From Octopus bimaculoides (lineage: Eukaryota), in the NCBI RefSeq assembly GCF_001194135.2, contig NC_068990.1:55551874-55615873 (forward strand): 64,000 nucleotides of DNA, read 5' to 3'. Under the pieces are notes generated by a model, which saw only the letters and a list, made by a program, of their open reading frames with translations, ran no database searches and was not told the origin of the DNA. Of this stretch, positions 25,401-38,384 are shown one piece after another (within the stretch, counting starts at the first letter, position 1; each line of letters begins with the position of its first letter). Position numbers and translations under genes: made by a program.

Positions 25401-25659
25401 CACCAACGTCATCACCACTATTATTTTTGGGCACCAGATAGTTTCAAATAACTTTCTGTTCCATCATCTGTGGCACCTTTGTGCTGCTGAGGTGGTGTGC
25501 GTTGCATTTTTTTGGTGGGGGAATATTATATTGCATCAGTACGCTTTGTTATGAGGTTGGTTTAAGTCTTCTGTTTTTGTATTATGTGTTGTTTGTGCAG
25601 CGCAGGTTGCGTTCTCCTGTTGGGTATCGGATTTCTATGGCACACGTTGTGGGCTTTGT

Positions 25660-25720
<61 letters not shown>

Positions 25721-25745
25721 TACTATTATTATTATTATTATTATT

Positions 25746-26486
25746 CAGTAGTTTTATTTTTATAACGTACTTTCACTTCACTACCGAGCGCAGCTCTGTG
25801 CGCCTTGGGTATGTGCTGTGGTTTGCTGTGGTGCTCTTATGTTTACTGTATTGAAAGTGTTTTGCGTAGAATGTGTGCAGTACCCAGTAGTGCAATTTTC
25901 TGTATGTTATATATATTTGTAAGTCCTGGTGTTTTTGTTATGTATTTGTCTGAATATTTTTTTATTATACCTAAGGCACCTACTATGATAGGAATTGTTT
26001 CTGTTTTTNNNNNNNNNNNNNNNNNNNNNNNNNNNNNNNNNNNNNNNNNNNNNNNNNNNNNNNNNNNNNNNNNNNNNNNNNNNNNNNNNNNNNNNNNNNN
26101 NNNNNNNNNNNNNNNNNNNNNNNNNNNNNNNNNNNNNNNNNNNNNNNNNNNNNNNNNNNNNNNNNNNNNNNNNNNNNNNNNNNNNNNNNNNNNNNNNNNN
26201 NNNNNNNNNNNNNNNNNNNNNNNNNNNNNNNNNNNNNNNNNNNNNNNNNNNNNNNNNNNNNNNNNNNNNNNNNNNNNNNNNNNNNNNNNNNNNNNNNNNN
26301 NNNNNNNNNNNNNNNNNNNNNNNNNNNNNNNNNNNNNNNNNNNNNNNNNNNNNNNNNNNNNNNNNNNNNNNNNNNNNNTGTTATTCCATAGTGTTGGCAT
26401 AGCTTCCAGTGTATATAGGTCCCAGCTCTGTCGTGTCTGTGAATATATTCCTTCTTAGCCAGGACTGGGCAGCCAGAGATAATATG

Positions 26487-26492
<6 letters not shown>
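25746..26492 (-). mobile_element. 5'-truncated R4/Dong-like element (family B) flanked by (AAT)n on both sides
   Basis: HIISGCPVLAKKEYIHRHDRAGTYIHWKLCQHYGI, then a gap, then KTETIPIIVGALG..IQKIALLGTAHILRKTLSIQ*. The 3' UTR ends aaaactactg(aat)n. Confidence 0.9.
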
Positions 26493-26570
<78 letters not shown>

Positions 26571-26571
<1 letters not shown>

Positions 26572-26895
26572 GGGGCGCATGACCTAGTAATCAGGGTGTT
26601 GCACTCACGATCGCGAGATCGTGGTTTCAGTTCCTAGACCGGGAGGTGCGTTGTATTCTTGAGCAAAGCACTTCATCTCACGTTACTCTCTGGTCACTTC
26701 GACACTTGACGCGTGATACACTGCGCATTAGTTCAGACAACGTCGATTTGATGGAGGGAGTGAGCTAATCTACAGCACGTGCATTTAATCACTATAAACA
26801 AATCATGTGTGCAGGTCGTTCGGCAAAAGCTGAACACTCATAAATCCACTTCGACGGGAGAGGCCATCATCATCGTCATCATCATCATCATCATC
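26571..26895 (+). mobile_element. tRNA-derived SINE with (CAT)n tail
   Basis: Head ggcgcatgacctagtaatc...ggtttcagttcctagaccggg, CORE-like ttcttgagcaaagcacttcatctcacg, tail catcatcat. Confidence 0.75.
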
Positions 26896-26896
26896 A

Positions 26897-27917
26897 TTGA
26901 AGACATCGCAGAGTATCCAATATCATGATGCTGTAGATTGAAGATATTGCGTCTACCGGGAGTTTGTACTCTCTGTCAAGTCACAATAAGGACCTCTGAC
27001 AGACAGTACTTTACACAATATGCGTGCAGTTCCAAGTAATGCTGATTTTTGCAATACACCTAGATTGTAGGGTACTTCTAAAGTTTCCAGTTGTTTCTTC
27101 AGGTTGGGTGGTATTGAACCAAATACTCCAATAACAACAGGGACAGCCTTTATGTTTGACTCACGTAGCTGTCACATCTTGGTGATCTCAATTCTCAGGT
27201 CTCCATATATATCAACCTTTCCTCTTTCTTTCATGATATGTTGAACCCCTGGCACTGCCACGTCAATTATTAGACACTCTTGTTTGTTCCTCCTAAAGGT
27301 TACTATATCCGGCCTTCCGTGCTCTAATACCTTCTCTATCTGGAAGTCAAAGTCCCAGAAGATCTCTGCCTTCCCCTTTTCGTCCATTACCTTTTCCGGT
27401 GTGTGTTGGTACTACCAAGCACACGTTACCTCGTATCCATTACTTCTGGCATAGTAGCCAGTGAAGGTTTTGGGCTACCTCGTCGTGCCTGCGCTTGTAC
27501 TCTTTCTGCGCAAGACTTTCACAAGCACTAACAACATGAGTCACGCTTTCGACCTTCTTCCCACTCATTATGCAGATGTTCGTTGCACTTGTGTGGTATA
27601 TATCCCTTTTCACTGAGCTGGTATTCAATGCTTGATCCTGGGCAGCGATGATTTGGCTTTCAATCTTCTTTTTAAGGTCGCCGTTGCTGAACCACTTCCA
27701 TGATGCTTCCTAATCTTTTAATTTGTTAGTTTCACGGTGGAACTGACCATGTAATTCCATGCAGAATAGAATTTCTTCTCTCTTGTTGGCTATTCGTGAT
27801 CGGAATTCATTAACACTCTCAAGTCTATTGATGGTAAATCCTTCTGCATTAGCAGCATATTGTAGCAGCTCTTGTTTGCTGTTTACCAAATACTCTGCCA
27901 TGTTTCTTCTTTCAATC
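26897..27917 (-). mobile_element. 5'-truncated R4/Dong-like element (family C) ending in (ATG)n
   Basis: ELHGQFHRE, AAQDQALNT, VTHVVSACESLAQKEYKRRHDEVA, EIFWDFDFQ..GRPDIV..CLIIDVAVPG (PD-D/ExK nuclease), LQKSALLGTARIL. Confidence 0.9.
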
Positions 27918-28019
27918 ATTATTATTATTATTGAGTTATATAGAGAGCAGCACATGCCATCAAAGTGACACTGGATACAAATATACCAAGCTCAATATAC
28001 CTATCATCACAACCATATA

Positions 28020-28228
28020 TGCACGAGACTGCGAGTTGGCTTGCCGGGCAAAATGTTTAGCGGCATTTCGTCCGACTTTAGATTCCGAGTTCAAATGCCA
28101 CCGAGGTCGACTTTGTCATTTATCCTTTTGTGGTCGATAAAATAAGTACCAGTTGAGCACTGGGGTTAATTTAATCGACTTGGCCCCGCCTTCAAAACTG
28201 CTGGCCTTGTGCCAAAGTTTCAAACCAT
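28020..28228 (+). mobile_element. SINE family A
   Basis: gcgagttggc..ccgggcaaaatgtttagcggcatttcgtcc..gagttcaaat..gaggtcgactttg..gctggccttgtgccaaag. Confidence 0.85.
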
Positions 28229-28630
28229 TAGTATTATTATCGTTATTGTAATTATTGTTGTTATTAATGAAAATATAGATTAATAAGTATTCACATTTAA
28301 TGCGACATCGGATTAACGAACCTGGATTTTTCAGATGTGTGTGTGTGTTGTGTGTATTATCTGTCTGTTGTATATCTGTGTGATTATAGGTGCACGCACG
28401 CAAACACGTTCAAAGATAAGTGGATATAATTGAGAATATGAATACATCCCCAGATGTATACATACACATACATGCTTGCAAACAAACATCCGTTACATGT
28501 AGAATTACATACACATGAAAATATAAATCCACACATACATTCACACACATGCACATACACACATATAGCAAGGCATAAAGTCATAATGTGTTCATACATA
28601 CATACGTACATACATACATACATACATACA

Positions 28631-28661
<31 letters not shown>

Positions 28662-30118
28662 GACTTATATAAGTATATATGACACATAAATCCACACATA
28701 TATATGCATACAAACACAAACGCATATTTTATACCTATTTATAAAAAAAAACCATTATTGTTTTTATCATCATCATCATCATCATCACCACCACCACCAC
28801 CACCACCATCAACATCATCATCATCATCATCATCATCATCATTATTATCCTGTTTATGATGTGTTTGTTTATAATTTGATCACATGCATTCTATAAATGA
28901 TCTTTGTAAGTAGTTGTGACGGGACTTAGGTATGTGCTAAAATAAAATCCATAATTCTGCAGTCAGAACTTTCTCTCCCTCTCCCCCTCTCTCAGTTCAC
29001 CCACTCGCTACCTCTCCCCCTACTCTCCCCCTACTCTCCCTCCCTCCCCCACTCTCTCTCTCCCTCTCCCCTCTCTTTCCGTCTCCCTTTCTCCCTCTTT
29101 TTCTATCACACAACCTTAATTACTCAATGCGGATAGTGTTCAGACGTGATCAATGTTAATAATTACTGACAAATTAAAAAAGAAAAAAAAAGAAGACATA
29201 AATTAAAAGAAAATCAAAACAAAACGAAGAAAAAAACAAAACACAACGTTAATCTGACATTGGTATTTATGAATAAGATGATGATAATGGTAATGCTGAT
29301 GATGACGACCATAGTGATGATGGCGGTGGTGGCGACGGCGATAACTGAAAACTAACTTCACGCGATCGTTTAGGCGGACAGACGCGGAGGAGGTGCGGAG
29401 GGGACGGAGAGTGTCTGTGTGTGAGGGGTGGTGGTGCTAGCCGGTGTGTTGTTGGTATAGGTAGGTGTGGAGGGATGTGATACTATAAATACTTAACAGG
29501 ATTAGGGGACCTTCACAAGCTCTCTCTTTCTCCACCCCTCTCTCTCTTCCTCTGCATATATTAAAAACAGGAACAACACCAAAGTTATTTTGTGTTCTTT
29601 GCTACATTGGTTTCTATTAACCCATTTATTCTATCCGAAGAATTATTATTCATTAAGATAGAAGAAATACATATAATTAAATATATATATATATATATAT
29701 ATATATACGTAAATGTCGAACGATAAAATGAGTGCTCAACACTGCATTGGTGGTTGTATAATTTTTTTTTATTTGTGAATTAAGGCTACCATTGGTTTCA
29801 TGCTTAAAAAAAGTGGAAAAATATCATAGTGTCTCAACAATTTTNNNNNNNNNNNNNNNNNNNNNNNNNNNNNNNNNNNNNNNNNNNNNNNNNNNNNNNN
29901 NNNNNNNNNNNNNNNNNNNNNNNNNNNNNNNNNNNNNNNNNNNNNNNNNNNNNNNNNNNNNNNNNNNNNNNNNNNNNNNNNNNNNNNNNNNNNNNNNNNN
30001 NNNNNNNNNNNNNNNNNNNNNNNNNNNNNNNNNNNNNNNNNNNNNNNNNNNNNNNNNNNNNNNNNNNNNNNNNNNNNNNNNNNNNNNNNNNNNNNNNNNN
30101 NNNNNNNNNNNNNNNNNN

Positions 30119-30172
<54 letters not shown>

Positions 30173-30332
30173 CGGTTTTCTTTCTGCTTCTATCTATCAA
30201 ATCCTCTCACAAGGCTTTGGTCGGCCCACGGCTATAGTAGAAGACTCTTGCCCAAGGTGTCACACAGTGGGACTGAACCAGGAACCATGCGATTGGGAAG
30301 CAAGCTCCTTGTCACACAGCCAAGCCTGTGCA
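30119..30332 (-). mobile_element. SINE family B, 5' half, running into (TG)n
   Basis: Reverse complement of gcacaggcttggctgtgtgac...accttgggcaagagtcttctactatagcc. Confidence 0.85.
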
Positions 30333-30345
30333 TATATATATGAGC

Positions 30346-30519
30346 AGAACTTACTTGCAGGTATTGGTAGTGCAAATCAGAGGTGCAATCTGTGTGGGTG
30401 TTTTTTCAAAACACTGTCTGGTTTAAAAAGCCACATCAGACGCCATGAAAGGGCTAAGGTGTAGGTGCAGGAGGTGGTCAAACTCTGTTTAAGGAGTAGA
30501 CAACCACCATATATATATA
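30346..30519 (+). mobile_element. Probable RTE-type LINE 3' end with a terminal C2H2 finger
   Basis: RCNLCGCFFKTLSGLKSHIRRHERAKV*, then a short 3' UTR and a (TA)n tail. Confidence 0.55.
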
Positions 30520-33034
30520 NNNNNNNNNNNNNNNNNNNNNNNNNNNNNNNNNNNNNNNNNNNNNNNNNNNNNNNNNNNNNNNNNNNNNNNNNNNNNNNNN
30601 NNNNNNNNNNNNNNNNNNNNNNNNNNNNNNNNNNNNNNNNNNNNNNNNNNNNNNNNNNNNNNNNNNNNNNNNNNNNNNNNNNNNNNNNNNNNNNNNNNNN
30701 NNNNNNNNNNNNNNNNNNNNNNNNNNNNNNNGACCCTTCCGATTCTTTTGATTTTTTCAGCGGATTCTTATGTTTTCAATGACGGAGATTCCGAATATGC
30801 AAAAACCATGTTTTCAAAATTTTAAATTCCTCCCTCCCACCAAATTTTAAATTTCTAACCTTTTTTCAAATTTTTTTTTTCAATCTACGTGTAAAAAAAT
30901 ACGGAGATTAAGAATATAGGAAAAACAATTTTTAATTTCAAATTTTCATTTAAGAACTCCAAAACTGATCCATACACCCCTCGCCACCCCATCCCGTTGT
31001 CTAAAACTGAAAATGAACTGCTAAAAATAACAGCTAAATGTCTGGAAATTTTCTGTTTGTGTGCGCGCGCATGCGGAACAGCTTCTACAGTTTATGCGAA
31101 TGAACAGAGAAAGTAAACAAAAATATATTTTACATACATGTGTTTTAATATGTTGTATACGTCAGTTTTGTTTTTCGCTTTAAAGGTAAACGATTCTGAT
31201 AGAAGCAAACACGATATTGAATAATTCTCCGTCATATGTCTACGACCCCACCTCTTTTTTTTTTAAAGTAAAGGTAAACGCTTTTTAATTGTGATAATGA
31301 AACAAGGGGTTTAGTCCTTACCGTCAAAATGAATTTCTCTTGCAAAAGAGAGGGTGCCATTTTCTGTCTTTAGAAGAGAGAATATTTCGTTACCAAAAAT
31401 GTTAAAACTTTATTAACTTCATTTTAAATTTCATTTGATTTTTAATTTCATTTGATACACACTTTCCTATTATTTATATGGAGAATTACAAACATGGTGT
31501 ATAAAGATAACTTATTTTAATAGAATTTTTGTGAGTACATTTCCGTAAATGTTTTTCTTGCGTACTACCCTCCGCCCCAGACATATACGCACGCAGATAC
31601 ACATGGACGAAGTCCCATTTTGGAAGTATATTAAAGTTTTTATTATTTTGGAATGAAGAACATAAATATAGGTGCTGAGCCAGTGACAAAACTTGTTTCA
31701 CTTTATTCTTTTACTTTTAATTCTAATGTGATAACATTAAGATCATCTTATTTTACACATTTACTGTTCAATTACCAGTTAATAATTATCGCAGTATTTG
31801 CAAGGTTGCAAGGTATTTATAGTTACATATTAACCCTTAAATTAGCATTTAATACATGTGCTTAATATATATATTAAGAGATTTATCTATAATAATTATT
31901 GTGACATTTACCATTAAACTAGCAGTTCGTACATGTGCTTTTATTTGGTTAATTTGCTTATATTTGGTTCATTTACACTGCATACAAAAATAAAGACATA
32001 CAAATGCTTACAAAAATAGAGGTTAATGTATAATTTTTTAAAGCTCACCTTTATTTATATTTAATATGTTTAAAAGTGTGTAAATTTTGAATGCTGTTTA
32101 TAAGTTTATAATTTTTGTCAGTTTTTAAAAAAAATTGCTCAATTTCATTGAAACAGATAGTTCATTCTGGAAACTGTATGGTGTGGTGTAGTATTGTTAG
32201 TTTTTGTGTTGGTCGAGGAAATGTTAAAATCAAAAGATTTCTCGCCGTAAACATCCTATCATTTTGTTAAGCATATTGTATCAAAGAGTATATTATCCTG
32301 AATGTATCTCTCCTTTATAGTAGTGGCTGTGTGTTTGAGAAGCTTGCTTTCCAACCATGTCGCCTTGGGTTCACTTCCACGGTGCGACACGTTGGGCAAT
32401 ACTCTTTCATTACAGCTCCGTGCCGACCAAAGCCTTGCGTATTATATGATTGCCATTACTGTATTGATATATAACATAACACATGCAACTCACTTATTAT
32501 TGTCATATATATATCTAATATTCTTTGTCTGTCTGTCTGTTCCTAATGCATTTTGAAATGGCTCCACCAAATCAAATCAAATTTCATAAGGTAATAGTAT
32601 CACACCTCACGAGTGTCAAAATGTAATTTCTTTCATTTCCATTAAAACAATATAACCTTTTATACAGATAATCTTTCTATAGTCAAATATAGTACAGGAT
32701 ACTTTATACTACGACAACAACAACAACGTCACATTTTGTATATGAGTGTGTATGTGTCTGTCAGTCTATGAGAGTGAGTGTATGAGTGTGCATGTGTCTG
32801 TCAGTGTGTTTGTTTCTGCGTTCGACGACAACGTTACATTTTGTGTATGAATGTCTATGTGTGTGTGAGTGTATGAATGCGCATGTGTCTACGTGTATGT
32901 GTGTTTCTGCGTTAGGTACGTTATTCAGCATACACACACATCTACACGTACACATACATAGGTGACGACTGACATGCATGAATGCATATCTGTGTCTCTC
33001 TTCCTCTATAGTATTACACCCCACGACTGTTAAC

Positions 33035-33330
33035 ATGCAATTTTCGGTGGTTCTCAGGGCTCTGCTATGAAAGTCGTCAATTCTCTTTGTCAGAGTTTTT
33101 GAGAGGGGCCATATTTCTGCTCCACAGAGGAGAAGGAAGAGGACCGATGCGTTGTAGATGCAGAGCTTCGTCTTCCGGGATATAGATCCTTGGAGTCAGA
33201 GGGCCTTCCATAAGGAGTACATGATCCCAGCGGCCAAACCACACCTGCGGTTGATCTCCGGGATCAAGTATCCATTGTAAGTGACTGTGGAGCCCAGGTA
33301 GATGAAGGAGCTGACAAACTTCTCCCTCAC
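33035..33330 (-). mobile_element. RTE-clade LINE RT C-terminal fragment
   Basis: FVSSFIYLGSTVTYNG..EINRRCGLAAG..ISRKTKLCIYNASVL..GAEIWPL..RIDDFHSRALR. Confidence 0.85.
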
Positions 33331-33690
33331 CCAACTGTCTCAATCGATTCCAGCCTAACCACCACTGCAGACACAGCTACAACCAACGACACTTGAGGAC
33401 TCGATCCTATCACCTCCGATGAAGTCAGTGTCGCTCTGAAGAAGCTCGACAACCGCAGAACCACTGGAAATTGCACTATCACCGTGGAGATGTTGAAAGC
33501 GGGCAGAGAAAACATGATCCAGTGGTTCACTCACAGCATCAACCTTGTATAGGTATCAGAACGACTCCCAAATGACTGGACTCGTCTGCAGCAACCACAA
33601 GGGCTTTTCACCAGGATCCTCCTTAACCGCGTTCTTCCTGCCATTAGAAGCAGACACCGACGTCCATAACAAGATGGATTCATATTGGGG
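33331..33690 (+). mobile_element. RTE-clade LINE RT N-terminal fragment, opposite in orientation to its neighbour
   Basis: PITSDEVSVALKKLDNRRTTGNCTITVEMLKAG..WF..LPNDW..FTRILLNRV..QDGF. Confidence 0.8.
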
Positions 33691-34294
33691 TTGCTGGTCG
33701 ACGTTTTTTTAAAATATCTTTTCAGAGTTAATTCATTCGACGTTCTATTGATGTCAACTAGACTTAACTTCTTTGTCAAGAGAAAAATGTTTTCTTCCGA
33801 TCTCATGATTGAATGTTAGGAAATAGATTTCTGCCAAGAAACTGTAGGAATGTGTAATTGTTTCCAGCTTCAAAACTATTATGGAAACCAAAACTATTAT
33901 GGAAACCTTTGAAATACAGTGTATCGCAATGTCACATCGAAAGACAGATGCACGTAATATTGTGATCGTATCATACACTCCTCCTCCTCTCCTCCTCTTC
34001 TTCTTCTTCTTCTTCTTCTTCTTCTTCTTCTTCTTCTTCTTCCCCTCTCTCCCTCCTCCTCCTCCCCTCCCTTCCTCCTCCCCTCCCTTCCTCNNNNNNN
34101 NNNNNNNNNNNNNNNNNNNNNNNNNNNNNNNNNNNNNNNNNNNNNNNNNNNNNNNNNNNNNNNNNNNNNNNNNNNNNNNNNNNNNNNNNNNNNNNNNNNN
34201 NNNNNNNNNNNNNNNNNNNNNNNNNNNNNNNNNNNNNNNNNNNNNNNNNNNNNNNNNNNNNNNNNNNNNNNNNNNNNNNNNNNNNNNCCTCCTC

Positions 34295-34327
<33 letters not shown>

Positions 34328-34859
34328 GAAGGGAGCACAATCAAAATAGCTCGACGAATAGATATCAGTAACTACTAGACTTTAAAAAACTGATTAACTA
34401 AAACACTTTATGGCGGTGCTCCATCATGATTGCAGTCGAAAGGGTGAAACGTGTGTGTGTGTATGTGTATGTTTGTGTGTGTCTGTGTGCGTGTGTGCGT
34501 GTGTGTGTATGGGTGTGTGTGTATGTGCGCGTATAGTTTTTACTAAGTATATCGGCAGAGGCTATAAACATTGGCAAGAATCTGTAAAACCGGTGACATT
34601 CCGTTGTCATGCTGGCCGTCAGAAATGCAATGAACCAGTAAATAAGACAAATTGAAAGCCAACAATAGATCAAAAGATCTGTGCTAGAAACAGAAACTGT
34701 TCTGATTTTAGCCGCACAGGAGCAATGCCAAAACATAAACAGTTACAAAAATAATAATAAAAAAGAAATGAAAGAATAAGGTTAGAAAGAGGCTAACATC
34801 AAATACACACTAGTCAGTCAGTGTAATGAGACGATTGATCAATTCGGAATGGTTTGTCC

Positions 34860-35180
34860 GTGTTATACATTTGTCACCGTTTCTCTAGCGTCGTTCTGAC
34901 CGTGGTCATAGTTGTTGCTGTGTTCGCGATTGTGCTAGTTGTCGAGGTCGTGCTCGTGGACGTATTCGTGCTCGTGTTCGTGCTTGTGCTCTTACCTGTG
35001 CTCTTGTCGTGGCCGTACTCGCGCCCGTGCTCGTGTACGCGTTCGTGATGACGCTCGTGCTGGCGCTCGCGTTCACACTCGTGGCCGTACTCGTGCTCGT
35101 TGTCGTGGTCGTCCTCGTGGATGACCACGATCACGGTCATGGCCACGACCACGGCCACGACCTTAACCACGACGGTCAAT
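34860..35180. repeat. CpG-rich degenerate hexamer array (GTGCTC/GTCGTG) switching to GACCAC
   Basis: Directly visible 6-bp periodicity. Confidence 0.75.
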
Positions 35181-35269
35181 TCCGAGTATACCCACAGACA
35201 CGATAGAGCCGGCTGGGTAGTAAACTTGTTTGTAGATGTGTAAACGTTTAACAAGTAATATCCTTTCTA

Positions 35270-36770
35270 CAACAGGCACAAGGCCTGAAATTCAGGAGAA
35301 AGGGGCCCAAACGATTACATTCATCTTAGTATTCAACTGGTAATTTCTTATCGATCCTTGAGGATAAAAAGCAGTGTGGACTGCGGCGGGATTTGAACTC
35401 TGAATGTAATGAGCCAGAAGAAAAGAAGTTAAGCATTTTGTTCGGTGTACCAACGATTCTGCCAATTTGCTGCCCTGAAGATAATATAAGCGTATACTAA
35501 ACACGGTCAATGACAAAAACCTGGTCACAATCATTTATGAGATGCCTGCCCCGACTGATTAGGAGACATGGTTAACTGATCAGATGTAATTATCAAAGAC
35601 TAGAACCCAAATTTCTGTTCGCTGCTAGACATCTCGATCCATTCTGACCAATATATTGGTTTCAAATTTTGGCACAAGGCCAGCATGTTTGGGGGAGTGG
35701 CTAAGTCGATTAAAACGTCCCCAGTATTCGACAAGTACTTGTTTTATCGACCCCGAAAGGATGAAAGACAAAGTTGGCCCAGCGGAATTAAGACTAGGAA
35801 CATAAAGACGGACGAAATACTGCTAAGCATTTTACCCGGCGTGCTAACGATTCTGCCAGCTCACCGCTTTCCCTTCTGACCAAAATATTGTCCGGAAGGA
35901 AGTCAAGAAACTGTCAAAGTACAAGGTTCTTGAAATGGAAATAATCCAGGATGGTGTGATGGAGGTAACAGAAATAAAAAAGTGCTAATGATAATTGGAG
36001 AACTCATCCCTTTTATGCTCGTGTGGAGACATTTCAGAGACCTTATGGCATTATTTTTCTCCCGACTTTACGTTGTGAGTTCAAATTCAGTCAAGGTTGA
36101 CTTTACTTTTCATTCTTTTGGGATCGATAAAATAAAATAAGTACTAGTTGAGCACTGAGGTCGATTTAACCGACTTACCGCCTCCTTTCAAAATTGCTAG
36201 CTGTATGCTAAAATTTGTAACAATTATTTGTTCCATTGCCAAGAATTACCAGTTTCAGAGAGAAGAGAATTTAAAAGTGGTCTTGAAAAAAGCTGCGTAA
36301 GTTGGAGGTGTCATTTATTTTCGAGGTTCCACCAACCATAAATAAGATGTTCCAGTTTGGCGTAATCTACAAAAACTTTTAAAACAAAAATATTTCAATG
36401 GTCTTTATCTGTACTTCTTTTTCTCTTTTTACGTTCTTTTAAGTTTTTAGTTTTTATTTTATTTCTTCTACATATTGGGTATTATATACCTTTCCCAGTC
36501 TGTCATGGCTTACCAGATTTACCGGACGTTTGAATTGAATAAATAAATATTGGTTTCAAATTTTGGCACAAGGCTAGTAATTTCGGAGGAAGTGGGTAAG
36601 TCGACCCCAGTGTTCAACTGGTACCTATTTTATTGACCTCAAAAGGATGAAAAGCAAAGTCGACCTCAGTGTAAAGTCGAACTCGGAACGTAAAGACAGA
36701 CAAAATATCGCTAGGCACTTTTCTTTTTGCCCGTGCGGCAACAATTCTGCCAGCTCGGCGCCTTATTGAT
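35270..36770. mobile_element. Cluster of four SINE family A copies (35270-35480 -, 35651-35868 -, 36060-36225 +, 36548-36765 -)
   Basis: Each matches the family A blocks ggcacaaggccag, gtcgatt..cgaccccag, gaaaggatgaaag.caaagtcgacc and gattctgccagctc.ccg. Confidence 0.85.
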
Positions 36771-37201
36771 ATAATAAATATTAAGAACTTTTTACACACT
36801 CCAAAGATTAGCTTTACTAAACACAACCAACATCCTCACACAACCAACATCCTCCGTAGGCTACTTTCAATTCAAACACAATTCACATTACTGTGCACTG
36901 TACACAACCACACTCTATATAATCACAAACCGATAAAATACACCACATATACGCTACGGAATCACTACCCAAAAATATAATACTACTCACATAGAACATA
37001 CCTGTATGATCATCACCCAATAACTATAGCACGAAAACTCATGCAACTCATATTCGGCACAATTTCTTCGCTATAATATAGTATTGGTATAATATACAAG
37101 CACATTTCTACTTCCCAGAATATCATGCTGCGTACACCTCTGGGACATGGAGGTGCACCTGGTATTGCCGTAAAAACTAGCATAAACATGTCGAAGACAT
37201 G

Positions 37202-37245
<44 letters not shown>

Positions 37246-37906
37246 GACGCTTAATGGGGTGATAATAAATGTCGGTTTATCGAATATATATAAAAGAATA
37301 TGAGCAGCTGTCTGAATGGTCGGAGAAATATCACCTTCCTAAGAGGCGAGAGAACATTGTAAAAGTGATTTACAACACCATTCGTGAAAAAGAACGATAC
37401 GTGTAATAGAAAAGGAGAACAGTGGAAGGATGTTGCTGTCAAACATCGATAAACTTTAAATATATGAAGCAAGATATTGTCTTCTTCAAAAACATATCAT
37501 AACAATAGAATGTAACAGCTTCGTTGACAAAAATTAAAGTAGTAACACTTTCAGAGAAAGCGAACGTATATTGACACTAAACGAGGAAATAAAACATCTT
37601 GCATTCAGATTATATTCACTTTAATATTTTATAACTGTATTTCTGGTAGTTGTTTATTCACTTTTAATATATAATCTTTGAAAAGTTTAGATCCGATACG
37701 ACAATTTTGGTGTTAGAATACTTCGATCTTTGCTCATGTGTAAATGCGCGTTAAGATTAAGCGAAACAGCAGTGTCGAAGGGAGATAATTCTTGAGAACA
37801 GGTATTTTTTTGTTGTTTGTTTTAATGAAAAAGGAAAAAAATTCGTAAAGAATATGGTACTAAAAATTTAAAAAAAGGATTGAAGAAATATTCTTCTATA
37901 TTTTAC

Positions 37907-38142
37907 CTTTTACTTGTGTAAGTCATTAGATTGCAGCCATGGTAGGGCACCGTCTTGAAGAACTTTTAGTCGAATGAATCGACCCTGAACCGACCCCAGT
38001 ACTTATTTATATTTAAGCCTGGTACATATTCCAACCTTTGTTTGTTTGCTGAATCGCTAGGTTATGGAGACGTAAATACACCAACACCGGTTGTCAAGCG
38101 GTGGTGCTGGCCAAACACAGACACAGAGATACACACATAGAT

Positions 38143-38226
<84 letters not shown>

Positions 38227-38384
38227 GCTTCTTTCAGTTTCCGTCAACCAAATCCACTCACAAGGCTTTCGTCAACCCGAGGATATAGTAGAAGACATTT
38301 GCCCAAGGTACCACACAATGAGACTGAATCCGGAACCATGTGGTTGGGAAGCAAGCTCCTTATCACACAGCCACGCCTGCGTCT
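37907..38384 (-). mobile_element. SINE family B, full length, with internal (TG)n
   Basis: Head and CORE at 38225-38384, (CA)n at 38135-38222, 3' body at 37907-38125. Confidence 0.9.

Noticed and set aside
30731-31100. Possible DNA transposon end after the gap
   Set aside because: The composition is suggestive, but no TIR pair or TSD could be shown.
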